Part shown: positions 47,292 through 55,770 of the stretch, one piece after another | How the letters are laid out: the number at the start of each line of letters is the position of its first letter | How positions within the stretch are numbered: position 1 is the stretch's first letter | Assembly: GCA_051745855.1 (NCBI GenBank) | Contig: JBNJEK010000001.1 | Span: 9,683 to 73,682 of the forward strand | Reading direction: 5' to 3' | Source: Armatimonadota bacterium | GTDB lineage: Bacteria; Armatimonadota; Zipacnadia; Zipacnadales; UBA5352 | Length of the DNA: 64,000 nucleotides | Notes under the pieces: generated by a model | The model's database searches: none | The model's input: the letters and a program-made list of their open reading frames with translations, nothing else | Told to the model about the DNA's origin: nothing | Position numbers and translations under genes: made by a program

Positions 47292-49109
47292 GTGAGTACT
47301 GTGAGCGACGCTCCTGACGATCGCGACGAACTGGACGAAACGAAGCCTTCGGAGAGAAGCGCGGGGGCTCAGATGACGATCGCCGCGATCATCATCAGCG
47401 CCTTCGGACTGCTCGGCAAGGTGCTCGGCTACGGCAAGGAGATCCTGATCGCCAACTGGTGGGGGCGGGGGGCGGCGGTCGATGCGTTTGTGGTCGTCTA
47501 CAAGTTCATCATCTTCCAGGTGTACACCAAGATTGAGAAGCTTCTGCGTCCCACCTACCTGCCGATCTTCGTCGATCACAGGTCTGAGGGCGAACAGCGA
47601 CAGGCGTGGCATTTCTTCCGCGTCATAGCGACGATCACATTCGTGGTGATGACGGCGATCTCAGTGGCCACCGTCATCTGGGCGCCGTGGATTGTGCGGA
47701 CGTTCTGGCCGGCGCTTGAACTGCCCGTGATCGGCGCGGAACTGCTGCGGATCTCCGCCGGCGCGCTGCTGCTGCTGGTCATGTCGGTGATGGTCGAGTT
47801 GACCCTGCACTCACACAAGGAGTTCACCATCCCGGCAATGGCCGACGCCGGCCGCCAGTTCGTGCTCTTCGGATGCATCGCGGGTCTGGTTGGCTTCGGC
47901 GTCTACGTCGCCGGGGAGCCCAGCGGCATGAAGGCTGCGGCGATCGGCGTACTTCTCGGTGGAGCGACAAGGCTTGTGATGCAGCTTCCGGCCCTCATTC
48001 GTCGCGCCCCTGACCTCCGTCCGGCCGCGCCCGGGAGCGACGAAGCGGGCCCTGTCCTCATTATCATATTCTTCTGGTGGTTTATCCTCCTCGCCGACGC
48101 CGTCCGCCACGTGGGGCGCAGGATTGGCGTCATCTCCGAGGCGACCGACGATGACCCGCGGTTGCTCGACCGCATCGCCGACTACGGCAAGGGCTCAACC
48201 TCCGACGTCGTGAAGATGTTCAGTCTCATCCCGCCGGTGATAGTGGGCCTGCTTTTCTCGATGCTGCGCGGCTACTTCGACAGCCGTTTCGGCACCGACG
48301 CAGGTGAGGGTGTCGTTGCGGCCCTCAACTACGGCCGAATGCTTGCCGACCTTCCGACATTGATCCTCCCCTTCGCTGTGAGTCTCGCCGTCTATCCCTT
48401 CGTGTCAGAGTGGGCCTCGCGCCAGGACAGGCAGGCGCTGGCGGACTCGCTGGTCTCGATGACCCGTGCGATGGTCTTCATCTTCCTCCCGGTGGCCCTC
48501 GGGATGATCGTGTTGGCGAATCCGATCATCGCGACCGCCTTCGAGCGGGGAGCGTTCACCGCACAGGACACCTCGGCGGTGACCCGCGCGCTCGTACCCT
48601 ACTCAGCTGGCCTGCCGTTCTTCGCGGTCGAAGCCTCGATCAACAACTGGTACTTCGCACTCGCCGACACCGCCACCCCCAACTACATCGGCGCGATCAT
48701 GGCGGTGCTGCACATCCTGATTGCCGGCTTCGGCGTCTACGCTCTCAGCGGCAGCATCGGCATCATCGCCGCGGCGCTGTCGGTGTCCAAGGCATTGAAG
48801 GTGATCGTGCTCTATGCCATGCTGCGCAGTCGCATCGGGGAGATCGATCGCGCGGCCGTGATGAGCTTCGTCAGCAGGATGCTTATCGCCACCGTCATCA
48901 TGATCGCGGTCGTCATCGCGATCCGGCAGGGCCTTGCGCCGATCCTGATGGTCGGCGGCACAGTCCACCGGCTCCTGTTTCTCGCCATCGTCGGCGTGTC
49001 CGGCGCCGGCGTCTACCTCGTGGCCGCCTGGGCGCTGCGCATCGAAGAGGTCGGGATGGTCGTCGAGTATGCCCGCGAGAAGATCTCCAGCAAGCTCGGG
49101 GGCAAGTAG
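47292..49109 (+). CDS. MOP-superfamily flippase (MurJ/Wzx-like polysaccharide biosynthesis protein)
   Basis: It has multiple TM helices with MurJ-like N-terminal helices. It carries an unusually long internal hydrophilic insert (about 290-370 aa). The start is uncertain: 47292 GTG or 47373 ATG. Confidence 0.75.
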   Translation: MSTVSDAPDDRDELDETKPSERSAGAQMTIAAIIISAFGLLGKVLGYGKEILIANWWGRGAAVDAFVVVYKFIIFQVYTKIEKLLRPTYLPIFVDHRSEGEQRQAWHFFRVIATITFVVMTAISVATVIWAPWIVRTFWPALELPVIGAELLRISAGALLLLVMSVMVELTLHSHKEFTIPAMADAGRQFVLFGCIAGLVGFGVYVAGEPSGMKAAAIGVLLGGATRLVMQLPALIRRAPDLRPAAPGSDEAGPVLIIIFFWWFILLADAVRHVGRRIGVISEATDDDPRLLDRIADYGKGSTSDVVKMFSLIPPVIVGLLFSMLRGYFDSRFGTDAGEGVVAALNYGRMLADLPTLILPFAVSLAVYPFVSEWASRQDRQALADSLVSMTRAMVFIFLPVALGMIVLANPIIATAFERGAFTAQDTSAVTRALVPYSAGLPFFAVEASINNWYFALADTATPNYIGAIMAVLHILIAGFGVYALSGSIGIIAAALSVSKALKVIVLYAMLRSRIGEIDRAAVMSFVSRMLIATVIMIAVVIAIRQGLAPILMVGGTVHRLLFLAIVGVSGAGVYLVAAWALRIEEVGMVVEYAREKISSKLGGK

Positions 49110-49113
49110 CCTG

Positions 49114-50283
49114 ATGGTCGACGCCGGCCGCATCACAGTCTGTCACGTGCTCGAGGCCACGGAGGGCGGCACCAGGCAGTATCTCAACGACGTGTTGCTC
49201 GGGCTTCCTGCCGACCGTTTCGAGCAGACTGCGGTGGTCTCCACCCTGCGCGCACCTGAATTCGCTGAGGACATCGAGCGTTTCCGCGAGGCCGGAGTGA
49301 GCGTGGAAGTCGTGGAGATGGTGCGCGAGATCGATCGCGAGCAGGACATGCGCGCGTACCGCGAGCTTCGCGCCTTCTTCAGGGCAAACGAGTTCGACGT
49401 CATTCATACGCACAGTTCGAAGGCCGGCTTCCTCGGTCGCGTCGCCGCGTGGCGGGCGCGTAACCCCGCCGTGAGAGTACATTCGCCACACGCTTTCGCT
49501 TTCGAGATGAACGCAGCGCCGTGGCGCAGGCTGCTTTTCCGCACCCTCGAGCGTCTCACCGGGCGCCTGACTCACCTGCTCGTGTGCACATGCGAGGGCG
49601 AGCGGGAAATCGCGGTTCGCAACCGGATCGTGCCGCCGGGTCGGGCCGCCGTAGTGCGCACCGGCGTCGATCTCAAGCGCTTTCACCCTCAGCCTCACGC
49701 ACATCGAATCCGCGAGGAAATCGGCCTGCCCGCGCGCCATCGGATCGTCGGCACGGTCGGCGCGATCGTCGAGCAGAAGGGACATCGAGCGCTGGTTGAG
49801 GCCGCGCCGGCCGTCATCGAGGAGATGCCGCACACCACATTCGTCATCGTCGGGGGCGGCGAGCTGCGTGAGGAGCTTGAAGCGCGCGTCAATGAGCTTG
49901 GTCTCGGCCGTCGGTTTCGCTTTCTCGGCTACCGAGATGATGTCCCGCGCGTGCTTGCCACCTTCGACCTCTTCGTGATGCCCTCGCTGTGGGAGGGCAT
50001 GCCCTACGCGCTGGTGGAGGCGATGGCCGTCGGCGTGCCGGTCGTTGGGAGCGACATTCCGGGGATCGCCGACATCGTGCGTCCTCGGCAGACCGGCCGA
50101 CTGGCGCCCCCCGGTGACCCTGCGGCGCTTGCAGACACGATCCTCACGGCGCTGCGGGAGGACGGGAAGTCCGCCACAATGGCGGAGACGGCTCGCGGGA
50201 TGGTCATGAGTGAGCACTCTCGTAAGCGCATGCTGGCCTCGCTGACGGCGTGTTACGTCCGGCTGATGGAGGACAGAGCGTGA
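49114..50283 (+). CDS. Glycosyltransferase family 4
   Basis: The GT4 motif EGMPYALVEAMAVGVPVV is present. It starts 5 bp after the flippase stop. Confidence 0.85.
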   Translation: MVDAGRITVCHVLEATEGGTRQYLNDVLLGLPADRFEQTAVVSTLRAPEFAEDIERFREAGVSVEVVEMVREIDREQDMRAYRELRAFFRANEFDVIHTHSSKAGFLGRVAAWRARNPAVRVHSPHAFAFEMNAAPWRRLLFRTLERLTGRLTHLLVCTCEGEREIAVRNRIVPPGRAAVVRTGVDLKRFHPQPHAHRIREEIGLPARHRIVGTVGAIVEQKGHRALVEAAPAVIEEMPHTTFVIVGGGELREELEARVNELGLGRRFRFLGYRDDVPRVLATFDLFVMPSLWEGMPYALVEAMAVGVPVVGSDIPGIADIVRPRQTGRLAPPGDPAALADTILTALREDGKSATMAETARGMVMSEHSRKRMLASLTACYVRLMEDRA

Positions 50284-50993
50284 GCAGGGGCAGGCAGGAC
50301 GTGGCCGACGGGCGTCTGCTTCGAGTGACCGACCTCGGTCGGATGGGGCATGCGGAGGCTGAGCGGCTGCAGGAGCGGCTTGTCGAGACGCGCCGCGCGG
50401 GCCGGGTGCCGGATACGCTGCTGCTGGTCGAGCATGACCCGGTGGTGACGATCGGCAGCGCGGTGGAGGAGGGGGCGGCCGAGGTGAGCGCGCAGTTGCT
50501 GGAATCGGCGGGCGCCGAAATGCGTCAGGTAAGCAGAGGCGGGCGAGCGACCTTTCACGGTCCGGGGCAGATCGTCGGCTATCCGATTCTCGATCTCCGG
50601 CAGCACCGCCGCGATCTGCACTGGTACCTTCGGTCGCTCGAGCAGGTGATCATCGACGCACTGGGCGACTTCGGGCTGGACGCCGGGCGCGAGGACGGCC
50701 TGACGGGCGTCTGGGCGGGGGGCAGGAAGATCGCCAGCATCGGGATCGCTGTACGCGGATGGGTGACGTGGCATGGATTTGCGCTCAATCTGGACGTTGA
50801 CGCCCACTGGTGGCGGATGATAGACCCCTGCGGGCTGCGCCCCGATCAGATGGGATCGCTGAGCGATCTCATGACGTCATGTCCATCACGCGAGAGCTTC
50901 TGCGATGCGCTTGCCAGGCAGTTGGGCCACGTCTTCGATCTGCGGGTGCAGAAGATAGTCACGACGGAACTTTTCGAGGAGTCGGCCTTCTAA
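50280..50993 (+). CDS. lipB: Lipoyl(octanoyl) transferase LipB
   Basis: The LipB core is present (FHGPGQIVGYPIL, K-containing GVWAGGRKIASIG). Its GTG start overlaps the upstream stop, and GGAGGA lies 6 nt upstream. Confidence 0.85.
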   Translation: MSRGRQDVADGRLLRVTDLGRMGHAEAERLQERLVETRRAGRVPDTLLLVEHDPVVTIGSAVEEGAAEVSAQLLESAGAEMRQVSRGGRATFHGPGQIVGYPILDLRQHRRDLHWYLRSLEQVIIDALGDFGLDAGREDGLTGVWAGGRKIASIGIAVRGWVTWHGFALNLDVDAHWWRMIDPCGLRPDQMGSLSDLMTSCPSRESFCDALARQLGHVFDLRVQKIVTTELFEESAF

Positions 50994-51081
50994 TATAAGC
51001 GAGCCGGTGGGCTTACGGCCCGCGGGAGTCGATTTCGGCAGCGTCGCATGACGTGATTCCTGGTGCAGCTCGGAGGACAGT

Positions 51082-51765
51082 GTGGCAGCCGAGCAGGTTG
51101 ACATGGCCGAGGAGCTTCGTCCGGTCGCATGGCCGATGTACGGGGTGCACGTCGGTCTCCTGATCGTCGTGTTCGGAACCGTGTACACGGCACAGGTGCA
51201 GGGCGCGGTGACGAGCCTGGAGTACGCCGGCTATGCCGTGATCGGGCTTGCGCTGCTGCTGACCGGGTCGATCAGGGCCGTGGATATCGGTTCGGTCGGC
51301 TCGCGGGGGCTGCTCGCGCTGGGCGCGGCGGTCGCGTTGTACCTTGCGTATGATCCGCAGGTGATGGCATTGCCAGGAGCTGGAATGCTCGCTGAGACTC
51401 CCGTGAGCGCCCTGGGGCCGAGCATGGCTCACTTCGGCGTGGTCATCGCGGGTCTCTTCCTCGGGCTGCAGGCGGCGGTTGATCGGCGCGCATTGCCGCG
51501 CCATGTGCCGTTCCGCGCGGCGGTGGTTGTGGCCGTGGCGCTGCTGGTGGGGCTGAGCATCATCACCTCCACGGCTCTGGGCAGAGTATATGACCTTTCG
51601 ATGACGACGGGCCCGTCGGTGCTTGCGTTTCGCGCAGTGGCATACGGACTGCTGATGATCGTCTGCGTGACGATCCCCGGCGTTCGCCGCGTCAGCCGCG
51701 CCCCACACATCTATCTCGGCCTGGCGCTGATCGGCGCCGTGGTCAGGAATCTCGTGGTGAACTGA
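51082..51765 (+). CDS. Polytopic membrane protein, unknown function
   Basis: It has about 6 TM helices. The GTG start has GGAGGA 4 nt upstream. Confidence 0.6.
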   Translation: MAAEQVDMAEELRPVAWPMYGVHVGLLIVVFGTVYTAQVQGAVTSLEYAGYAVIGLALLLTGSIRAVDIGSVGSRGLLALGAAVALYLAYDPQVMALPGAGMLAETPVSALGPSMAHFGVVIAGLFLGLQAAVDRRALPRHVPFRAAVVVAVALLVGLSIITSTALGRVYDLSMTTGPSVLAFRAVAYGLLMIVCVTIPGVRRVSRAPHIYLGLALIGAVVRNLVVN

Positions 51766-51767
51766 CT

Positions 51768-53099
51768 GTGGCAGCCGAGGCGCGGACAGAAGGTTCAAAG
51801 ACATTCATCGATCGCGTTGAGGATCTGCTCTGGCCACTGACGATCGTGCTTGTGCTGATCGCCCCGAGCCAGTTTTCGTACGCTCTTGACCCGAAGGACG
51901 GCCCGTTCATACTTTACGCCGACCTCTTCGCGGCGGCTCTCTTCGGGCTGTGGGCACTGGTGGTGCTGATCGGGCGGCGCTGGAAGAAGATAGCATATCC
52001 GCCAGCGGCGATCTGGGCGCTGCTTGCTGTGGCCGCGATCTCCGCGCTCGGGGCGACGAGCCTTTCTTCTGCGGTGGTGGAGATCGCCCAGCTCGGCCTC
52101 TACTTCGTGGCGGTCTACGCGCTTTTCGCCAATATCGTGCGCGGACAACACCGGCTGGTGCTGATCGCGAAGATCGTCGCCATCGGGACCACGGTAGCCA
52201 TCGGCTTTGCGCTCTATCAGTACTTCACCGTGGATGACCCGATGGACGTGAGGGGTACATTCGGCAACCGGAACGTATACTCCGCGTACCTCGTGATGGT
52301 GCTTCCGCTGCTCTACGGGATGGCCATCTGGACGCGCGACACCACGCACCGCGCCTGGTTTTTCGTGGTGGTGGCGCTTGGCGCGATGACGATGCTGGCC
52401 GGGCTGCAGTTCTGGTGCCTGATGCTGGTGCTGCTGGTTCTCAGCGCGCTGAAGAGTCTTCGATGGCTCGGATACTTCGTACTCGGTGCGGCGATCATCA
52501 TCACACTCTTTGTCGGCGTGCTGCACACCAACCGCGACGCGGTGTTTGCAGAGGTGACTGATCCGATCGAACGGGGGGAGACGTTCAAGCTCGGTCCGGG
52601 GCATGACCCGGAGCATGTCGTGAAGATGCGCTGGCTCGAGTGGCACCCGGCACTGGTAATGACGGCGGAGAATTTCCCCACAGGCGTGGGTGTCGGTAAC
52701 TATCAGAGGCACATAGGTGAATCAAGTTACTGGGGGATGGTCCCTCGCGCAACGAAGATCGAACCGGACACGAACAACTTGTATCTCGTCATTGCGGCCT
52801 CGATGGGCTTCGTGGGGCTGGTGGCGCTGCTGGCGTGGCTGGGACACCACTGGCGCCTCGCCGAGTCCAACTGGACGGAGGCGAAGGACGCCTGGTCGAT
52901 GGGTGTGTGCTGGGGTCTGCTCGGCAGCGTTTACGGGATAGTGCTGGTAAACATATTCTCCAGCCTCTTCGTCAGAGGAACAAGCTTAGTGTGGGCGTTG
53001 ATCTTCGCGATGATAGCTTCGGTGAGCATTCACGGGTTCGGGGGAAACGATGTTTCGAGCGTCGAGAACGCGTCAAAGCACAGGAGTCGGGAGGACTGA
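51768..53099 (+). CDS. O-antigen ligase / Wzy-type polymerase family membrane protein
   Basis: It has about 10-12 TM helices with a periplasmic loop typical of Wzy_C / O-antigen ligase. Confidence 0.7.
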   Translation: MAAEARTEGSKTFIDRVEDLLWPLTIVLVLIAPSQFSYALDPKDGPFILYADLFAAALFGLWALVVLIGRRWKKIAYPPAAIWALLAVAAISALGATSLSSAVVEIAQLGLYFVAVYALFANIVRGQHRLVLIAKIVAIGTTVAIGFALYQYFTVDDPMDVRGTFGNRNVYSAYLVMVLPLLYGMAIWTRDTTHRAWFFVVVALGAMTMLAGLQFWCLMLVLLVLSALKSLRWLGYFVLGAAIIITLFVGVLHTNRDAVFAEVTDPIERGETFKLGPGHDPEHVVKMRWLEWHPALVMTAENFPTGVGVGNYQRHIGESSYWGMVPRATKIEPDTNNLYLVIAASMGFVGLVALLAWLGHHWRLAESNWTEAKDAWSMGVCWGLLGSVYGIVLVNIFSSLFVRGTSLVWALIFAMIASVSIHGFGGNDVSSVENASKHRSRED

Positions 53100-53101
53100 A
53101 C

Positions 53102-53650
53102 ATGCGTCGCTTCATCGCAACAGCCGTTGTCACATCGCTCGTCGTTTTCGTGGTGGCGGGAGTCGCATCAGCCGCCATGGTGAAGATCGTAGTTGACGCG
53201 GCCGACTACACCTCGATCAAGCCGTCGATGGTGAAGACCACGACCGGCTCTGATGCGGTCGCGAACAAGGCGTACATCCAGATCCCGCTGCGCCGGCCGC
53301 ACGCTACCGAGGAGACGGGCCCCGCCGATGATGGGAATGCAGTGTACAAGATCAATGTGCCGGCGTCCGGCACGTACCAGCTCTGGGCTCGCACCTGGTG
53401 GTACGATTCGTGTGGGAACTCCTTCTTCGTGATCGTGGACAACAAGCCGTCGGTTTACATCGAGGATCCCACCTATCAGACATGGCACTGGGTGAAGGGC
53501 CCCCGGCTCACACTCAGCGCGGGGGAGCACACCATCCGCATTCAGAATCGCGAGGATGGTGCGCGGCTCGATCAGTTCATGCTGATCAACAACACGCAGT
53601 ATGTCCCGACTCGCATTGAGAGTCGCACATCACAGTACATCGTGAAGTAG
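53102..53650 (+). CDS. Secreted CBM-like beta-sandwich protein
   Basis: GGGAGGA lies 6 nt before the ATG. It has a signal peptide and a C-terminal pattern typical of carbohydrate-binding jelly-rolls (GEHTIRIQNREDGARLDQFMLI). Confidence 0.7.
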   Translation: MRRFIATAVVTSLVVFVVAGVASAAMVKIVVDAADYTSIKPSMVKTTTGSDAVANKAYIQIPLRRPHATEETGPADDGNAVYKINVPASGTYQLWARTWWYDSCGNSFFVIVDNKPSVYIEDPTYQTWHWVKGPRLTLSAGEHTIRIQNREDGARLDQFMLINNTQYVPTRIESRTSQYIVK

Positions 53651-53692
53651 CGGACACCACCCCCGAACTTATAACAGGGACTGGAACCGACG

Positions 53693-55720
53693 ATGACCAG
53701 GACGCAGCGATCACCCGGCATCGGAGGCACGCTCGCCGCCATCGCGGCCGCGCTCGTGGTATTGAGCGCGGCTGCAGCGGCACGTACGCCTGCCTTCGCT
53801 CAGGATGCGCCGAAGATGCTCGAAGATACCGCCGAGGCGCCCTACGCCCTCGCGGCCAACCTCCACGTGACAGACCCCGACGCCCTTCACCTGCAGATCT
53901 TCCTCGAACGCCAGGATGCTGACAACGGCTACGTCATCACCTGCACCGCGCGTGAGACATTCGTCGAACGTGTCGTAGACGGTGAGAACGTCCGGATCGG
54001 TCACGGCCGACCGATCGGCGAATTGGTCGCCGACAGCGATCTCGAGTTGACGGTCCGCCGCGACAACTGGCGGATCGTGTTCGTGCTTGACCGGCAGGTG
54101 CTCGCGCAGGCGTGGGACAGCACCCTTGCCGGCGGCGGAGTCGGGTATTCGGTCACAGGCGGCGAGGTCGGCGATGCGCTGGTTCAGCCGCTCGGCAGGG
54201 TGTACATGACCGATGACTTCATGCGCGTCGGTGAAGAGGCCAGTCAGTGGGAACCTGTCAGCGGCACGTGGGAGACGCAGGAACTGCGGGTAGATGAGCA
54301 GAGCGAGCGGATGGAGGCGGACAAGTCCGCGAACGCCTTCAGCTACTGGGGCAAGGGCGGTGAAGAAGAGCCGGCACTGGCCTCGACTGGCTACTGGTTC
54401 TGGAATAACTACCTGGTCGCCGCGGCCGTGCGCGCATCGGAGACAGATCCGCTGGGCCTCGTCGCGTACTACCAGGACCCGGAGAATTACCTGCTCGCCC
54501 GCTGGACTTCTGCCGTGTCGGAGGCGGTCGACGCGAACCTGCTTCAGCTTATCGGTGTTCGCGACGGCGAGCGATCGGTGCTCGCCGAGACCAGTGGCGG
54601 CCACCTCCCGGGACAGTGGTATCAGCTCGAGCTTCGTATCTGCGACGGAGTGGTGCAGTGTCTGGTGGATGACGAGCCGAGGCTGGTCGCGCACTTCGAC
54701 GCCTTCGGACAGGGCCAGCCCGCCCTTTACTGCGAGGGGGAGCGTGGCACATTCTTCGACAGTGTGGCGATCGAGGACTGGGAGGTTCTGAGCGAAGACT
54801 TCGAGCGAACGGCGCCGGGGAAGTGGGTCGTGAGTTCCGGTGACTGGAATCTCGACGGCGGCGCGATGGTCGCGGAGGGTGACGGTCCGCGCCTGGTGGT
54901 CACCGGCAGGCCCGACTGGCAGGGCTACTGGGTCGCCGCGACCGTGGAGATGCGGGGCGCGGCGGGGATCGCCGTCTGTGCCAATGACTCATCGATGTAC
55001 GGGCTGAGATTCGGGACACAGGGCTCCGGTGTGGAGTACGAGGGCCAGGCTCAGTTAGTGCGCGTGGCGGATGGGACCACCGAGGTGCTTTCCTCCGCGC
55101 CCGCGCAGATCGCCCCGGGCAGCAGGCATCGGCTGAAGGTCGTGGCGGATGATGGGCTGCTGACCGGATATCTGGATGGAAAACGGGTGCTTGATGCGTA
55201 CGATGCCGACGCGACCACAGGGCGCATCGGACTGGTCGCCGGGGGAGATGGGGCGGTTCATTTTGACGATGTCTACCTCACGATGATTCCGCCGAAGCGC
55301 ATCGCGCGGGTCACCAAGGAGTTCGCCGAGGATGACGCTCACCCCGAGATGGCGGAGTGGGCCTCCACGCGCGCTCCATGGCTCAAGCCTGACGAGGATG
55401 ACGTGGTCTGGTGGACGAAAGGTGATTACTTCGGCGACAAGACGATTACCCTTGAGATTCCGGGTGTCGAGGCCGCCGATGGCTCCGTCAGACTGACGCT
55501 CGAGGCCGCGCCCGGTGAGGAAGGCTCCGGGGCGACGCTCGTCATTGCGACGGTCGAGGGTGCCGCGAGCGTCACGGCCACGCTGACGGTGGACGGTGAA
55601 GAGATCGGTGAGGAGATAGTCGAGGTCGAGAGCGATCCCTGCCCGGTGCGTTTTGAGCGGAAGGGCACGTGGATCGTCGCTTCAATCGATGGTACTGTTG
55701 TTTTCAATGTAAAGCGCTGA
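53693..55720 (+). CDS. Secreted multi-domain LamG/DUF1080-like (concanavalin-type) protein
   Basis: It has a signal peptide and at least two DUF1080-like jelly-roll units (GKWVVSSGDWNLDGG...HFDDVYLT). Confidence 0.8.
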   Translation: MTRTQRSPGIGGTLAAIAAALVVLSAAAAARTPAFAQDAPKMLEDTAEAPYALAANLHVTDPDALHLQIFLERQDADNGYVITCTARETFVERVVDGENVRIGHGRPIGELVADSDLELTVRRDNWRIVFVLDRQVLAQAWDSTLAGGGVGYSVTGGEVGDALVQPLGRVYMTDDFMRVGEEASQWEPVSGTWETQELRVDEQSERMEADKSANAFSYWGKGGEEEPALASTGYWFWNNYLVAAAVRASETDPLGLVAYYQDPENYLLARWTSAVSEAVDANLLQLIGVRDGERSVLAETSGGHLPGQWYQLELRICDGVVQCLVDDEPRLVAHFDAFGQGQPALYCEGERGTFFDSVAIEDWEVLSEDFERTAPGKWVVSSGDWNLDGGAMVAEGDGPRLVVTGRPDWQGYWVAATVEMRGAAGIAVCANDSSMYGLRFGTQGSGVEYEGQAQLVRVADGTTEVLSSAPAQIAPGSRHRLKVVADDGLLTGYLDGKRVLDAYDADATTGRIGLVAGGDGAVHFDDVYLTMIPPKRIARVTKEFAEDDAHPEMAEWASTRAPWLKPDEDDVVWWTKGDYFGDKTITLEIPGVEAADGSVRLTLEAAPGEEGSGATLVIATVEGAASVTATLTVDGEEIGEEIVEVESDPCPVRFERKGTWIVASIDGTVVFNVKR

Positions 55721-55770
55721 TCGGCGCTGTCGCGCAACGTGAGAATGTGGCGTGCTGTGAGGAATCCGCG

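Noticed and set aside
51795-52712. A 305-aa minus-strand ORF within the Wzy-like gene
   Set aside because: It is a hydrophilic His/Arg-rich shadow. The + frame encodes a coherent polytopic membrane protein.
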